NCBI GenBank assembly: GCA_964247055.1
Contig: OZ176051.1
Coordinates: 3,844,001-3,908,000 of the forward strand
Reading direction: 5' to 3'
DNA from: Paragordius varius
Lineage: Eukaryota; Animalia; Nematomorpha
Length of the DNA: 64,000 nucleotides
Part shown: positions 40,281 through 53,929 of the stretch, one piece after another
Numbering within the stretch: the first letter of the stretch is position 1
Layout: every line of letters starts with the position of its first letter
The notes under the pieces: model-generated
The model's input: the letters and a program-made list of their open reading frames with translations, nothing else
What the model was told of the DNA's origin: nothing
Database searches by the model: none
Translations under genes and position numbers: made by a program

Positions 40281-41997
40281 TCAAATAAAATTTGGACTTT
40301 CTTGACCAGTTAAAAGTCGATAAATAGAGGTCGGCATTGTTTTCATATGAATCTAGCCATATATTATTTTGGAAATATAAAAGAAAGATTTGAAATATTC
40401 ATTTTTTTAAATATATAAAAAACCCGCTTAAAAAAATGTTTAAACCTTTAAGCAATGTATATAAATAAGGTATTAACTTCTCCAATGGTAGTTGATAGTA
40501 TTTTAACAATTTTTTCATGTGGTATGGCTACCATACTTTCCCCATTTATTTCAATAATGCGATGTCCAACTCTAATACCACCACGTTCTGCAATACCCCC
40601 ACGCAATAAACTACAAATCTAAGAGTGTATGAAAATATGGCATTATTGTATAAATAATGCTTTATATCCGAATGACTGTATAAGCGAAATAACATGTAAA
40701 ATAACGGATATATAACATTCGGTAAACATTTTAAAAATAATTGAGCAAAATAATGCAAAAAAATTTATGTGTTACATAAAAATGAGATTTATATTTTGAC
40801 ATGCGCTTATTTCAATTATCAAATTATAATAAAAATAAAAAATTTTGCACAAATATATATATGTAGATCAAATAAAAAAGGCTATAATAAATATTTTCGC
40901 AAATTTATTTGAATACATAAGTGTTAATATACCGTTCCATTCTGAACACTGAATCCCAATTGATATTTGGGATCTGGTCTTTTGATTCGTACTTCAACAA
41001 CAGGTGAACAGCTGATCACTTTAAGCCGAATAATGTTTTCTTTATGAAAAGACTAACATGTATCAGAATAAAATATAATGTATTAAAAAATTTTTTTTTT
41101 GAAACACCCAAAAATAAAAATATTTATTTATTTTAGAGCAGGGGTGGCCAACACGCGGTCCTCCGAGACTTTGTATGCAGACCGCGAAAAATTTTAAATC
41201 CATAATTTGCAAAAAAACAGGTTCACAAAATCTTGGTAAAATTGATATTCCTTCAAGAACAAGAAAAAGTTTTCTTTTTGAGGTCTTATGTTTGAAATTT
41301 AATTAATTATTTATGAATACCCATGTCCATTTCGAATGCGGCCCGTCGTAATTTTTTAGCTAAAAATACCGCCAGCAAAGGCATATGTATTGACACCCCC
41401 TGATAAAGAGCATATTATATGTTTTGAATGGGTCATGAAAAAATGTATTTAAACTGTTGTGGCATATTTGGAAATGTTGGCCCAATATTTACACAAAGCC
41501 AATGATAAATGATATTTTCATACATATAAAAAATCTTATAAACTCAAAAAATTTTATTAATGAGAAAAAATCTAAAGGGAAAGAAAATAGTTACAACAAA
41601 CCTTAATTTTTTGAACGCAAGATTCTAGGGAAAGGCCAACCAAACTGGATCCATTTATAGCGATAATTCGATCGCCAACATTAAGGTGTTTTCCACGTGT
41701 GGCCGGGCTGCCAGGACACAGTTTAGCAATTACAACGGTGGGGAGCATAGAACCCCAACCCGATTCAACTATGACAAGGCCCAAGGGTTCATTTTTTTCT
41801 TTAGGGATAACAATCTATAACAAATTTGGATTATTGATATTGGATTGAAATGATTGATATATTTAAAAAATATACAAAATTTAGTTTGCGAAATTAGGGG
41901 AAAATTAACTTACAAAACATAAGATCTAATTTATAAAATTTAATTTGAATTAACCTTAAGGTGTTTTTTTAAAAGCGCATTCGGATTATTTTAACTA

Positions 41998-42038
<41 letters not shown>

Positions 42039-45031
42039 TAGGGGCAAACTAATCATCCAGCTAGGACAAAAATTTAAAAGGTCATTATGATAAAATTTCA
42101 TAATATGGATTAAATGAACACCAATATATAAATATAGACAACTTTAATCATAATCATTCAAATATTTGATAAAAAATTAGAGCAAAAATACTAAAACAAT
42201 GAACAAAAACTCCAAATAATACCTCCTTTTGTGCCTGTGTATCACTGAAAACATCCAATTCTTCGGTAGCAAACACCTCTTGTGAATCCAAAACATCCTG
42301 ATAATCGATTAAACCACCCAAGACATGTGCATTCGTAGCGTTTGAGGCATTGGGAATAAGTCCATTTGAACTGTAATCCAGCTTGGCGAGTTGGGCGGCC
42401 GCGGGCCCCTTGAGTAATCCATGCGTCTTCAGGAACTGTAGGTAAGCGATTTGAAAAGCTTGTCCAATCGATTGGGCAATGAGATGAGCCTATTTATTAT
42501 TATTATACATATTATATTTTATAGGCGGAATAACGGAAAAATGTAGCGTCAATTCAATTATAAATTCAAATCGGGTTTTGTTTTGTTCGTGCCAAAAAGC
42601 ACATCAATAAAACAAGACACATGTATGTGAATTAATTAATTGTGTTCCACAATGGTTGTTTATTATTCTTTCTGTTTGAAATATATTTTACATATTCAAT
42701 TTTTCATGATATTATTCCAGAGAGAATTTAATAAAATAAAGCGTTATATTTTTTATCAACCTAATCCATTGATTGTCCCAATATTCTTATAAATATATAA
42801 AAATATAAATGTTAAAACAACCCATTACAGATCTAACACACTAACAAACTAGTAGATTACTAAAAAAGATAAATCTATCGCTCTTAAAATAAATTCTTTT
42901 AAAAGTACAGCATTTTTGTCAGGCCTGTTTATTTTATTTAAGTGTAAAACTCTTCCTTTAGTTTAATACTATACCTCTTCCGATTCAAAAACATGACAAA
43001 TCATTTTATCATCCGCAGTGGCCGTTGGTGTAGATGGTACAGAATTTACCTTATCCGACTTCGTTAGAGTATTAGGAGTTGGTAAGTCTCCATCTATTAC
43101 ATTCATTTCACTATTATGCATGCCATTTTGCATGAGTTTATCAATTTTTTCCTCATTAGGTGAATTTTCTGTATTAATATGTGGTGATTTGGTTTCCCTT
43201 TTAATAGTGGTTGTTTTATCGTGTCCATCATTTGTCAACAAACTGTTTGAGGAGGTTGGTATTAATATCATATCTTTTTTAACCATAACCACAACAATAT
43301 TCCCAATATCAGCGATGTAGGAAATGGATTTAAGTGCATGATCCATCATAATTTCCTAAAAAATTAGTTGATTAACAAATGCGACATATATCAAATTTTA
43401 TGTTTAAAACATAAAAAAAAACATTTAAAGGACAAAAACAACATTAGTTTTTACGAAACATGCGATAAACCTTGGATTAATATGAAATACATATTTTATA
43501 AACATTTGAAACAGACACCAATCATGCAAAATTTACCTCATATTTAATCACTTGAATTTGTTCACTCTATGCATAAAACATGATTGTAAAAAAATATTAT
43601 TAATGGGTTTTTGTGACTTGCTTATCAAAATTTAATTTTTATTTTCTCCTAAATGGCATCAATAAAGGTGTTGTTTATACAATTTATTAAAATACAATTA
43701 TAAACTAGCTACCTATCAATAACAAAATTAGTTGAAAATCTAACAATAAATAATTAAAACATTGGTATTTAATATTTGAAAAAATACTGTAAATTCGTTT
43801 TGAGATAGCGAAATTAATTTAAGCACAAAACAAAAGGTATACTTGTAAATTTGTGTTCAATATCATAATCTTTTCAGTTGAGATAAATAAATCGACTTCG
43901 GTTCTCGGTTGATTTTCTCCGTCAAATGCCTATAAACAAAATTTACAGTGTAATTTTATTAAAAGCAGCTCCGTTAATTTTTGTTATATTTACCATTATT
44001 TCATGGGTTTTTAATAGTTAATACCTAACGTAATTAATTGCGTAAGTTACTTTTTAAGTAAATATGCAATTAAAAATAATTATAAATTTTAAAAATAATG
44101 TTTCAACAAACTTAACAAAAATCTTGAGAATTACCTTAACTTGGTTTACAGCCTCGCGGGCCTGTAGTGTTCGAGAATGACGTTTTTTCGACCATTGTGA
44201 CAGGTATATATGAGTAGATCCTAAGTAAGATGCTCTGAATAAAACACCTTCAATCAAAACGGCATTTTGTTGGTTATCATTTCCATTCATATTGCTTTCA
44301 TCTAACGTATATGAAGTAATTTAATAACTTTTTAGACGGCTTCATTTTTTTAAATATATATTATAGAACAATAAAATGAATTTAAACCAAAAAATGGAAA
44401 TATTGTAAATAATTAAATATGTTTACTAATAAAAAACTATGTTACCAGTTTTTGATTTTGACGTTTTTGATCCGTCACCTTCATATAATTCCTGAAATGA
44501 TAAATTATTGTATTATTTCATATCAATGTAAAAAAACAAATCAATAATACCGTACAACATAAAAATATTTATCATTCAAGATATTACCCCTAAAATATTT
44601 GGGGGTGATTCTTGTGGGCCCAACACCTCATCATACACCACATTTTTATCGTTTAAGTTTTTTACATCAAGATCTGAATTTAAAATTTGAGATTTTTCCT
44701 GTTTTTTATTTTCTAAATTCTGTACAAGATCTGGCGTTTCAAACCCCAAAAGAAGTCTTGAGGACTCATCGCAAAATGCTTCTTCGTTTTCTTGAAATTT
44801 TGTAGTGGCTGAATTTTTACCAACATGATTATCGTTATAATTCAAAGTATTTTCTGCATTTGTCAGATCTCCATTTTGTTTGAAAATTGGTGCTAAAAAA
44901 GTATAGATATGACAATAGGATTGTTGATAAAATTAATTTAATTAAACTAATATCTTGCTCTTACAACACTAAGTTAAACAATATTTTTTGCTCTAAAGAA
45001 TATTAGACGACTAAACTTAGCAAAAACAAGC

Positions 45032-45088
<57 letters not shown>

Positions 45089-47214
45089 TTAATACCATAG
45101 GACTTTTTAGCTTTTGGTCTGTACTTAGGAAATAGCTTATCGATTTCTGCCTGTTCCGTACTACTTAATTGATTAAAAGATACGGCTAGCTTGCTGTTTG
45201 TATCGCCGGCAATCCAATTAACATTATCACCATTTCTTTCATAAAATCTATGCCAGTAACATTATATATAGATATTAATTATGTCTTGAAAGCACCTTAT
45301 TTACACAAATGGTAAAATTTTGTTGTGCAACCGTCGCGAAAAAACGATGGCCATAAAATTATATATTAATTATTAACAAAGAAAAGTGCATCAACACATT
45401 AATGTAAATATTATTTGAATAATTTTTGGAAAAAGAAAAATTTACAAAAAGATTAATTATTCAGCCTACAAATTTTCAAGATATATAAAACATGTAAAAT
45501 AATGTCAAGATCCGTGTTTTTAATGCCTTCCATCCTCTGCACATCCATTTCATTTAATAAAAGCATTTAAAACAGTGACCACAACATTATTTAACATATG
45601 GCAATACTTATCGTCTGCTTCATTGGTAGTTTTATTGATAGTCATGTGACAGGTTATGGTATCATTATTCTGACCATTTTCGTGAGCGGTGTTTTGAAGA
45701 GTTGATTGATCAAAATCGATATTATTTAACAATATCATATCCGCATCCATGTTATTATTTGAATCAATCACCTTAGTTGAACTTATATTTATGAGTGAAC
45801 ATTCCTTATTGAAACCGTTAATTGTGGTGACATTTTCTGGTATAATCATTAAATTATTTTTACTACCGTTATTATCATTGTGACCATTATATAAAAGAGA
45901 TTCGGCATCATTCTTTTCTTGTGAACTACAAACAATCGTAGTGTTTGGAGGAATAGTAAAATTTGTATTCGGAATGTTTGATTGGGGTAAATGCACTGAA
46001 TATTGAGCAAAATTGGTGTCATATGGTGTTTGTGATAATCCGAAGCTATCAGCTCGAAACCCTTTGATTATGAGATTCATATCATTGTTATCCTTATTGT
46101 GCAAAGAAGCGTTTGCATCTATCTGGCCAAATTGTGAATGTCCCATAAAAGGTAGCGCTTGCGGAACTTGGTATAAAGATGCAAATTGATCCTTAAAAAA
46201 TTCGGCATCAAACACGGAGTTACCATTTGATTCTGTTGAATAGGATGGATACGAGGTTCCAAAACCATTTATACCGGTTACGATATTGGGGACAAAACCG
46301 TTTTGGTTATTAATATTGTTAGCGTAGAAAGGGGTGGCTATTGTGTTAATCGCGGGATTAAAGTAGGGAAACGCATTATAATTCACGATCCCTGATGATT
46401 CATTGGGTGTTGCGATGTTGTAATAATTGTAGGGTATGGTTAAATTAGAGTCTCGGAAGATATAACCATTCTCACAATTAGGGAGAATATTAGTTGTCTG
46501 ATTAGGGATGTGGGGTATTATAGGTAATACCGGCAATAAACGTCTTTTAACACAAAAACTACCGTTCTGAGTGACAATATTAGTAGTGTTTTGCGTTGAC
46601 TCGTGGCCATTGGGAGGAGTGGTTGGATAATTATTATTGACTATGGGATAATTTAAGATATTATGATGATGACCAGCACTAAAATTATGACTATCAATAA
46701 TGTGAGATGAATTATTATTATTATTGGTATAAAAACTGCTATAGTACCCCATATCTGTATTGGTAGAATGGCTCATTTGATTATTTATTTCATAATCATC
46801 CGGTTCATCATTACCACATGTAACGGATGTATCTATTTCCGGAAAATAATATTCAATCCCTGTCCCGACTGTCCCTTCATCGCATTCCTTTTCCCCATCG
46901 ATTTGTAATTTTCCGTGGTTTTCTAGAGTTTCATGATTAGATAATTTTGTTGGACATACGGTTTTTCCATTCTTAGCCGCTGTTTTGTTCGACGCTTTCA
47001 GCGTACTTTTACCATTTTTAATGGTACAATGCGAATTGTCATAACAGTTGCCATTATTATCATTGGGTATCTCATCAAATTGTTCAAGGGGAAAAAATTT
47101 AGGGGCAGGTGAGGAGGGAGACTTTATGGCATAATTTGCGACAATTTGTTCATTTTTCATACAATCATTGTCATTCTTATCGATAGAGTCAGGGAATGCG
47201 GTTGGAGGTGCCAT
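40281..47214 (-). CDS. APBA: Mint/X11/LIN-10 adaptor (PTB plus two PDZ domains)
   Basis: Exons 47214-45608, 44892-44588, 44491-44446, 44301-44135, 43929-43843, 43355-42975, 42489-42223, 41814-41602, 41052-40933, 40618-40478, 40352-40281. [80 protein letters not shown]-terminus [13 protein letters not shown]. Confidence 0.93.
41139..41402. mobile_element. hAT/Charlie-like MITE (family C) in a Mint intron
   Basis: Ends CAGGGGTGGCCAAC ... TTGACACCCCCTG, a typical hAT terminus; the 8-bp flanks TTTTAGAG / ATAAAGAG match only partly. Confidence 0.65.
41999..42035. repeat. (TA)n microsatellite in a Mint intron
   Basis: Direct TA run. Confidence 0.9.
45033..45082. repeat. (TA)n microsatellite in a Mint intron
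   Basis: About 25 TA units. Confidence 0.9.
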
Positions 47215-47584
47215 AAATTGTGAAATGGTAATTTTATCAAAATTTAAATTTTAATGTAACACAAAAATGAAACATCAATATGATGTAAAATAAATTATAT
47301 TTCCAAACTTTCATGAAAAAATCGAAGAAGTGAGAGACAAATTTGTCTTATGACTGGAGTAAATGAGGATAAAGTTTTCATCAATAAATGCAAAAAATAT
47401 AAATATTTTTGTAGGCCACACCAAAATAGCACCACGATATAAAGTACATTTTTTCTGTCCACATCTTCACTATTGCATGTATGTTGTAAAAAATATATGA
47501 GATAATTTAATATATGGTAAAACTGGGGACAATACAAAAAATAATCGATATTATCGTATAAATATAGGTTTATTAACAATTTGA

Positions 47585-47610
47585 TATATATATATATATA
47601 TATATATATA
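47585..47610. repeat. (TA)n microsatellite between Mint and PHF20
   Basis: Direct TA run. Confidence 0.85.
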
Positions 47611-47877
47611 ACGTAACAAATCAATTAATATTAAAACCGATGATCCTTAACGCCCATAACTATTATTGATTGCGAAACTAATATTTAACTGTTAAACGTG
47701 TTGGAGATATAAAAGATATGACAAAAGTCTAAATATAAATAACCGCATTAATTAATATTGGAAAAGAAATAAAATTTTACAAAAATTAACAATAAAAAAT
47801 CAACTGATGATTTTACCTTATGTGAACCGAATTGATCAATGTAAACATTTGAAATAATTCTTTCACGCTTAAAAATA

Positions 47878-50800
47878 ATGGAAGATAATTTTGGTCCAGA
47901 TAGTGAATTCATTCAAAAGGATTTTTATGTTGAAGTTAAGGATAATGATCATTGGTAATTTATATAATATATATTTGAGGTACCTTGCTAAAATTTTGGA
48001 TTTAAAAATTGATGAACGGAAAATACTAATTCATTTTCAAGGATGGAATAAAAAATATGATCAATGGGTTACCTATGAAAAAGATAAATTTCGTAATGCA
48101 AATTTTGAACATAAAAATCAAGTAATTAAATCTTAATATGTGCAGAAATTTTCCGTGAATGATATAGTTTTAGCAAAAAACCCAATGTATGGCTATATCC
48201 CAGCCAAAATCGTTGAGATTTTGTCCGATAATGGATCTTATGTTTTATCCTTTATCGACAAAACTACAAAAACTGATAAATTAACATCCATACGAAAAAT
48301 CACCCATAAAAAATTTAACTTAAAAGTAAAATACGTTAATCAATTTTTAGGACTATCTCGTTGATATTAAAGTTGAAGCACCTACTTTGCCCGATAAGAC
48401 ACCAATAAGTCTTGTGAACGCCATAGAATCTTATCAAAAAGATGATAATTTTGCAACATTGTATCCAAACACTGATTTTGTCTTTTTAGTACAACTTAAA
48501 AATATATTGAACCAAACCACAGTAAACGGTCGCCATGACAACGTAGTTTCCAATTTAAAAAGGCCTAATACTCCACTGGAATCTAATTCCCACACTATAC
48601 CTTATTCGAAAAAAGCAAGATCCGACAATGATTCTCCGAATTCTGGTTTGTTGGTTTATAATTTCATAACTAAAAAATTAACATAAAATATTTTTTGTGG
48701 TTTAATTAATATACAGAACGAAGTTTTTCCTCCCAATCATCGCAGCTATCCACAATTCTTAAGCAATCAACCAACTCTAATAAGGCACCAAATCAAACTA
48801 ATCCAGAAGGTAGTGTATACTAAATAACATGCTTTTAATTTAAGAATCGTTAAAATAAAGACTTTAAATATGGTATACAAATTTAATTGAGCTCCGATAG
48901 TTTGCATATCTTGTTTAGAATAAATTAAAATACATGTTAATAAAATATATTCTTTTTAACTTTAAATTTTTTAAAACGAATTTGGGTTAAAGTTTAAATT
49001 GTGATTATTCGAGATTCAGCGGCTATCTTTGTTGCATATTAACTTCCTAAATCATAAAAATACTGCGAAAAAAATGGTTTGCCAATTATGAATTTTATTA
49101 ATTATTTATTCAATTTTTACCAAAAATTAACTCTCTAAATCATTTATTTAACCAGAATTTAGCAATCATTTCATCTTTTACCATTATTTTTAATTTTAGA
49201 CATGACTGAATCAGGAAACCAACTCAAAAAACGAGTTAAAAAAGCTTCTACTAGACAAGGTTTTATTTTGGACTTTTTAATCTTATTAAAATTTCATAAA
49301 CATTGTAATTTAGCAATTATGAATTCGTATTTTTGTATATGATTTGTATTAGATCCCATTTTGGCTGCCATAGAACGCATGAAAGAACGTAAAAGGCTTA
49401 AATTGGCCCAAAGCTCACAAAATCAGGAGGAATCGGACAAAACTGTTATATCGATAATTCAAAATAATCCTAATCGTTTATCACCCTTGAAAGAAAAAAA
49501 TGTTAATCAAAAGATTGATGTTGAAAACTCAGTCAAGATTGACACTATCTCAAATACGTTATCTTCTTACAATACTAAAAATGAAAAAAACTCCTCTTCT
49601 CATGAACTTATTGAGAAACAAAGTCTTATTAACAGTGGTGAAGAATCGAAATGTAAAACTACCAATGATGATGTTACTAATATAACAGCCACTTCTTTAG
49701 AAACCGAAAGTAGTCTTACCATTATAAATTTGGATGAAAAAGGTCAAAATGAAAATCACACTGACCGTTCTAATCAAGAAAACCAAATGAATGACACTTG
49801 TGATAATACAACAAATATATCAATCGATATGGATAAAAGTCTACCTGATGATACCTCATACAAAACCCAAACAAATATTGTATTAGAAAATTTACAGGCT
49901 CAGACCCCTGAACCCGCTTCTCTTAATTTTCCCACGAAACGCATAACGAAAAAAGGGATTGCCATTTTAGACCCAAAAATTATGTCAAATACTGAACATA
50001 AGGACAGTGATATTCTGACCAATTATAGCGAAAATATTAGTGATAATAGCTATAATATTGATCTCAATTTTTCACCTAAAACACACAAAGGTGGTGGCAT
50101 TAAAATTTTACATCCAAAAATTTCAAGCGATTCTGCTAGCACAGGTAAAGTTGTTGAATCACAAAAGAAACCAATTACGGTACACCATGAACCAAAAAGT
50201 GTGAATGCCGCAAAACATAATCGTCCCAAAATTATGTTTAATAAACAAGCGTTTTTCCTAAAATCATCGTCGGCACATAGGGGAAAACGTCGAATATCCT
50301 CATCTGGTGATGAGCAAATCTCAAATAAAGAAAGTAATTTTTTTTGCAAAAATAATTTTAGTTTTGACTAACTTTGTTAGTATAAATTTTAATTTGTAAC
50401 AATAAAAAATTGCAGAAATGGAAATTTTAATATTTATTTATATCATTTTTAGAAGACCCTGTATCAGAAATCAAAACAACTGTGGATTTACCATCGCCAC
50501 AAGATTTACAAGAATCTCCAACGGTTTAATATAATTCTTAATATTTCATGCATTCCCAATGTCAGTAAAGTTTTAATGTCAATTTTACAATTTTTATAAA
50601 AATAATTTTACCCTTAGATTGCACCAGATTCTGTATTAGAGCAACCGAAACTTATTGAATCTTTAGCCGTTCATTTAGATATTCCTTCTACTGAAAATCA
50701 CTCACACAACATAATGAATGATTTTCATCAAAATTCAAATGTTTCACGCACAAATATTTTAAGTTCTCAAATTTCACCATTAAAAACAATTGATTTAGTT

Positions 50801-52698
50801 GAACCTTTGTTGAAATTTGAATCAAATAAACCCTTAACAATATCAAAGAAAAAAGCAAGTAGTAACACCCTCATAAAACATAATACTGTCGAATCAGAAA
50901 AGGTGCCATCTCGTCAATCTTCACTTTCCCCTTCAACGACCACGACTTCTAGCATAGATATTGTGCATTGCGCGTGTGGTATGCAAGAGGAAAATGGTCT
51001 TATGGTTCAGGTATTTTACAAAAAAAATTAAAATTTAACGTGAAAAACGTATAATTGAGTGTATTATCCATTAACATCTCTATTCCTTATATTGCAAGTT
51101 GAAACGATGAATTTTATTTGAAAAAAATCAAGGTTTAAATATGTATAGGTGTCCTTTGAAAAATATAATTGTCTTTTAGTTTTTCCATTTCGTCCGTAAA
51201 ATTTTGATTTTTACTGTAAGTTAAGTTTATCACATTTTAGTGAATCACACTTGAATCGAAGTTTTAAGAAATCAAAAATTTTTTTTTCATTATAGTGTCA
51301 CAAGTATTGTTTTTCGATTTGCCAATAATATTTCTCGTTAGAAGGTGTCTAAGGTTATATAGATTGGTATTATAAATTGGGTCAAATAATTTATACAACC
51401 TTATAAATGTAATTATATTTAAATTGTTATACATTATTTAGTGTGATATGTGTTTTGCGTGGCAACATTCATATTGCTTGAATTTGCCGAAAGATTCACA
51501 CGGAAAAGAAAAAATTCCAACATATCATATTTGCTATTTTTGTCGAAATCCACCAGGTATTTTGAGTTTTTTTTCAAAAAATATTTCTTAAACGCAGTGT
51601 ATAAATCGTTTTTTATCACATAAATAGATCCAACTCAGTTATTAGATGAATTTTTTGTCATGAATGATGTGCATAGAACCGGAAAATTTCCCATGACTGG
51701 AAAACCTCTGAAAAAAGGTTAAATTTTTGGATATTTATATTTTTCAAACCCAACTTTTTACATTGTACAATTATTAGTTAATAAGACAGACCATATGAAT
51801 GTAGCCAATGTAGACAAAAATAATCAAAAAAATACAGTAAATGATGCTAATTCCATTTCACAACAACAGAACAACTTATACCAAAAATCTGTTGCGATTG
51901 AAAGGGAAGTCTTAAATCTAGATGCAACTTTATACAATCTTCGGATCAAATTACATCAAGCTAATAATAAAGATTGCCTCACTACATCACCAAATAAGTA
52001 TTAAATTATCAAAATTTCATATTAAAAGCTGTTTTGTAAATTATTCCAAGACAATAAATGTAGCTGCTGATATAATTTTTTGGGGTAATTTTTTACATCG
52101 GTTTAAAATGATTAAGATAAAAATGTTAATTAAAATCAATTTGACCGAACAAACAATCGAGCTGAAATTCTTTTATTCTAAAATCATTACACAAAAAATT
52201 GTCTTATAACCATAGTAAAAGTTCTGATTTACATCCCAGTTATTTTATGAATATTTATCCATACATTTATATTAATTTTATTAGATCTTTCCAGAATGGT
52301 CAAAATATTTCCGAAAATCAGAAAATTGTATGTTTTTAACATGTTTCTATTTGCTATTGGCCTTTGACCTTTATTTTTTAAATGTAAAAATTTTATATTT
52401 AGGATGGTGGTTCCCTTAATTTTGATATACTCAATTCTTTTGAACTACAACAAATTGAACTTGACAATCATTTAAAGGAAGTAGAATCGAAATATCTAGG
52501 TATTTATCGCTTTTATAACTTCGCTTATTAAGAATATCATATCATAATTTTATAATTAATACTTCTTTTTTCGATAACCATAATTTATATATATATATAA
52601 ATTATTTGTTTAAAATTATACCATGAATGATTTATGTTATTTATATTTTGTTAGATCTTGAAAAACAATTTTTAAGCAGTGAAATTCCATTACAATAG
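47878..52698 (+). CDS. PHF20: PHF20/MBD-R2-like chromatin reader (two Tudor domains, PHD finger)
   Basis: Exons start 47878-47954, 47980-48121, 48146-48325, 48351-48645, 48717-48809, 49200-49259, 49353-50333, 50453-50523, 50618-51010, 51442-51556, then five to six short exons to a stop at 52698. Tudor 1 WYLAKI...LIHFQGWNKKYDQW, Tudor 2 [38 protein letters not shown]...CYFC. Confidence 0.85.
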
Positions 52699-53110
52699 CA
52701 CAACAACAGCCAACTATAAATCAATTTAAACCGTGTTTTTTGGACTTAAATTGGCAAAATAATTATTGTAATATTTTGTAAAAAAATAAATTTTTCATAT
52801 ATTGTTTTTTCAATATATCTATGAAGTTTACTTTTATTCTCCTGTTCTTAGTTAGCTTAAAAAAGGTAAATTTGAATTTTAACATTATTTGAAATGTAAA
52901 GAATTACAAAATATTTTAAAAATATAAGGATTAAATGCGTATGATAAACCCCGATTATATAAAATTTGATAAATAGCTTAATATTTAGAGTGTCCATAGA
53001 AATTATATATAATAATATCGAATAGGTTTTAATGCACATAAGAAGTTTAATTTTGCTTAGCCTGCCATTTCAAATTAAAGGTTATATTACTTTTTCTATT
53101 TGATATAAAG

Positions 53111-53762
53111 ATGGCGTTTCTTAAACTATGTTCTTATAAAATTTATATTTTAGCGTATAATGTAAATTTTTGGTTAGGGAACATAATAGCTAACTAAGTT
53201 CTGATAGTTTAGGGATTTTTAATTTTTTGACAGTTTATATTTTATAACGTTGCGCTTATGGCTTTGCCAATCTCTTTTTAAGCCCTCATAATGAGCCAAA
53301 AACAATAAAAAATTAGTTTTTGAACAATATTTGATATTTATAAAGAATTTCAGATATAAATTTTTATACCTCATTGACGGCTTAATTGTATACGAAATCC
53401 TAATTCCACATTATTATTTATAATATTAAAATAATTTCGATTAACTTAAACATTGATAATGTTAGATATTAATTTTAATAAAAATTTCTTTTCAAAAATA
53501 CTCTCATTGGAATCATCAGATAAATTGCAATATTGAAAAATCACCAGAATCCAATTTTAGTGTTAAAGTTATTGAAATTGAACCACTTAAATGCGATGGT
53601 GCAACTTATAAAGGACCTCAGCCTTGTAAGCCATGTCCAAATTCCTACCAAATGTGTACGCGGAGAATTAAGAGCGTCTATTGTAAAGTGAATGCATGTG
53701 ATATAGATGTGTGTCTTCCTATTTTAACTGATGCCAATAATACTTTAGTTATTTGCAAATGA
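53111..53762 (+). CDS. Putative small secreted cysteine-rich protein (~115 aa)
   Basis: Stop-free 297-nt exon 53466-53762 in a GC-richer island with 9 Cys (CDGATYKGPQPCKPCPNSYQMCTRRIKSVYCKVNACDIDVCLPIL). Candidate first exon 53111-53161 (MAFLKLCSYKIYILAYN|GTAAAT) joins in phase 0 to give a hydrophobic leader. Confidence 0.5.
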
Positions 53763-53929
53763 ATATTGACAGACAGACAAAATTAATATGTGTAAAAAAT
53801 TTATTGTACAATGAATCAATCACAAATTATATATTATCATGTGTGTAGTATATCTGCATGCTATGAACTAATTATTTATCTTTTTGGATATATATTTACT
53901 ATAAAATAAAATGTTGGCAATCAATATTG

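Noticed and set aside
43018-43320. Plus-strand ORFs opposite Mint exons (also 44599-44805) and 50050-50349 opposite PHF20
   Set aside because: Antisense shadows with no recognisable motifs.
45460-45552. In-frame continuation after the TGA of the 554-aa ORF, suggesting readthrough or a variant genetic code
   Set aside because: A phase-2 donor at 45607 joins cleanly to the exon at 44892. No conserved gene here needs a reassigned stop once micro-introns are removed.
47295-47624. 109-aa minus-strand ORF upstream of Mint
   Set aside because: Begins in a TA microsatellite with no motif and no clear splice link; probably UTR or promoter DNA.
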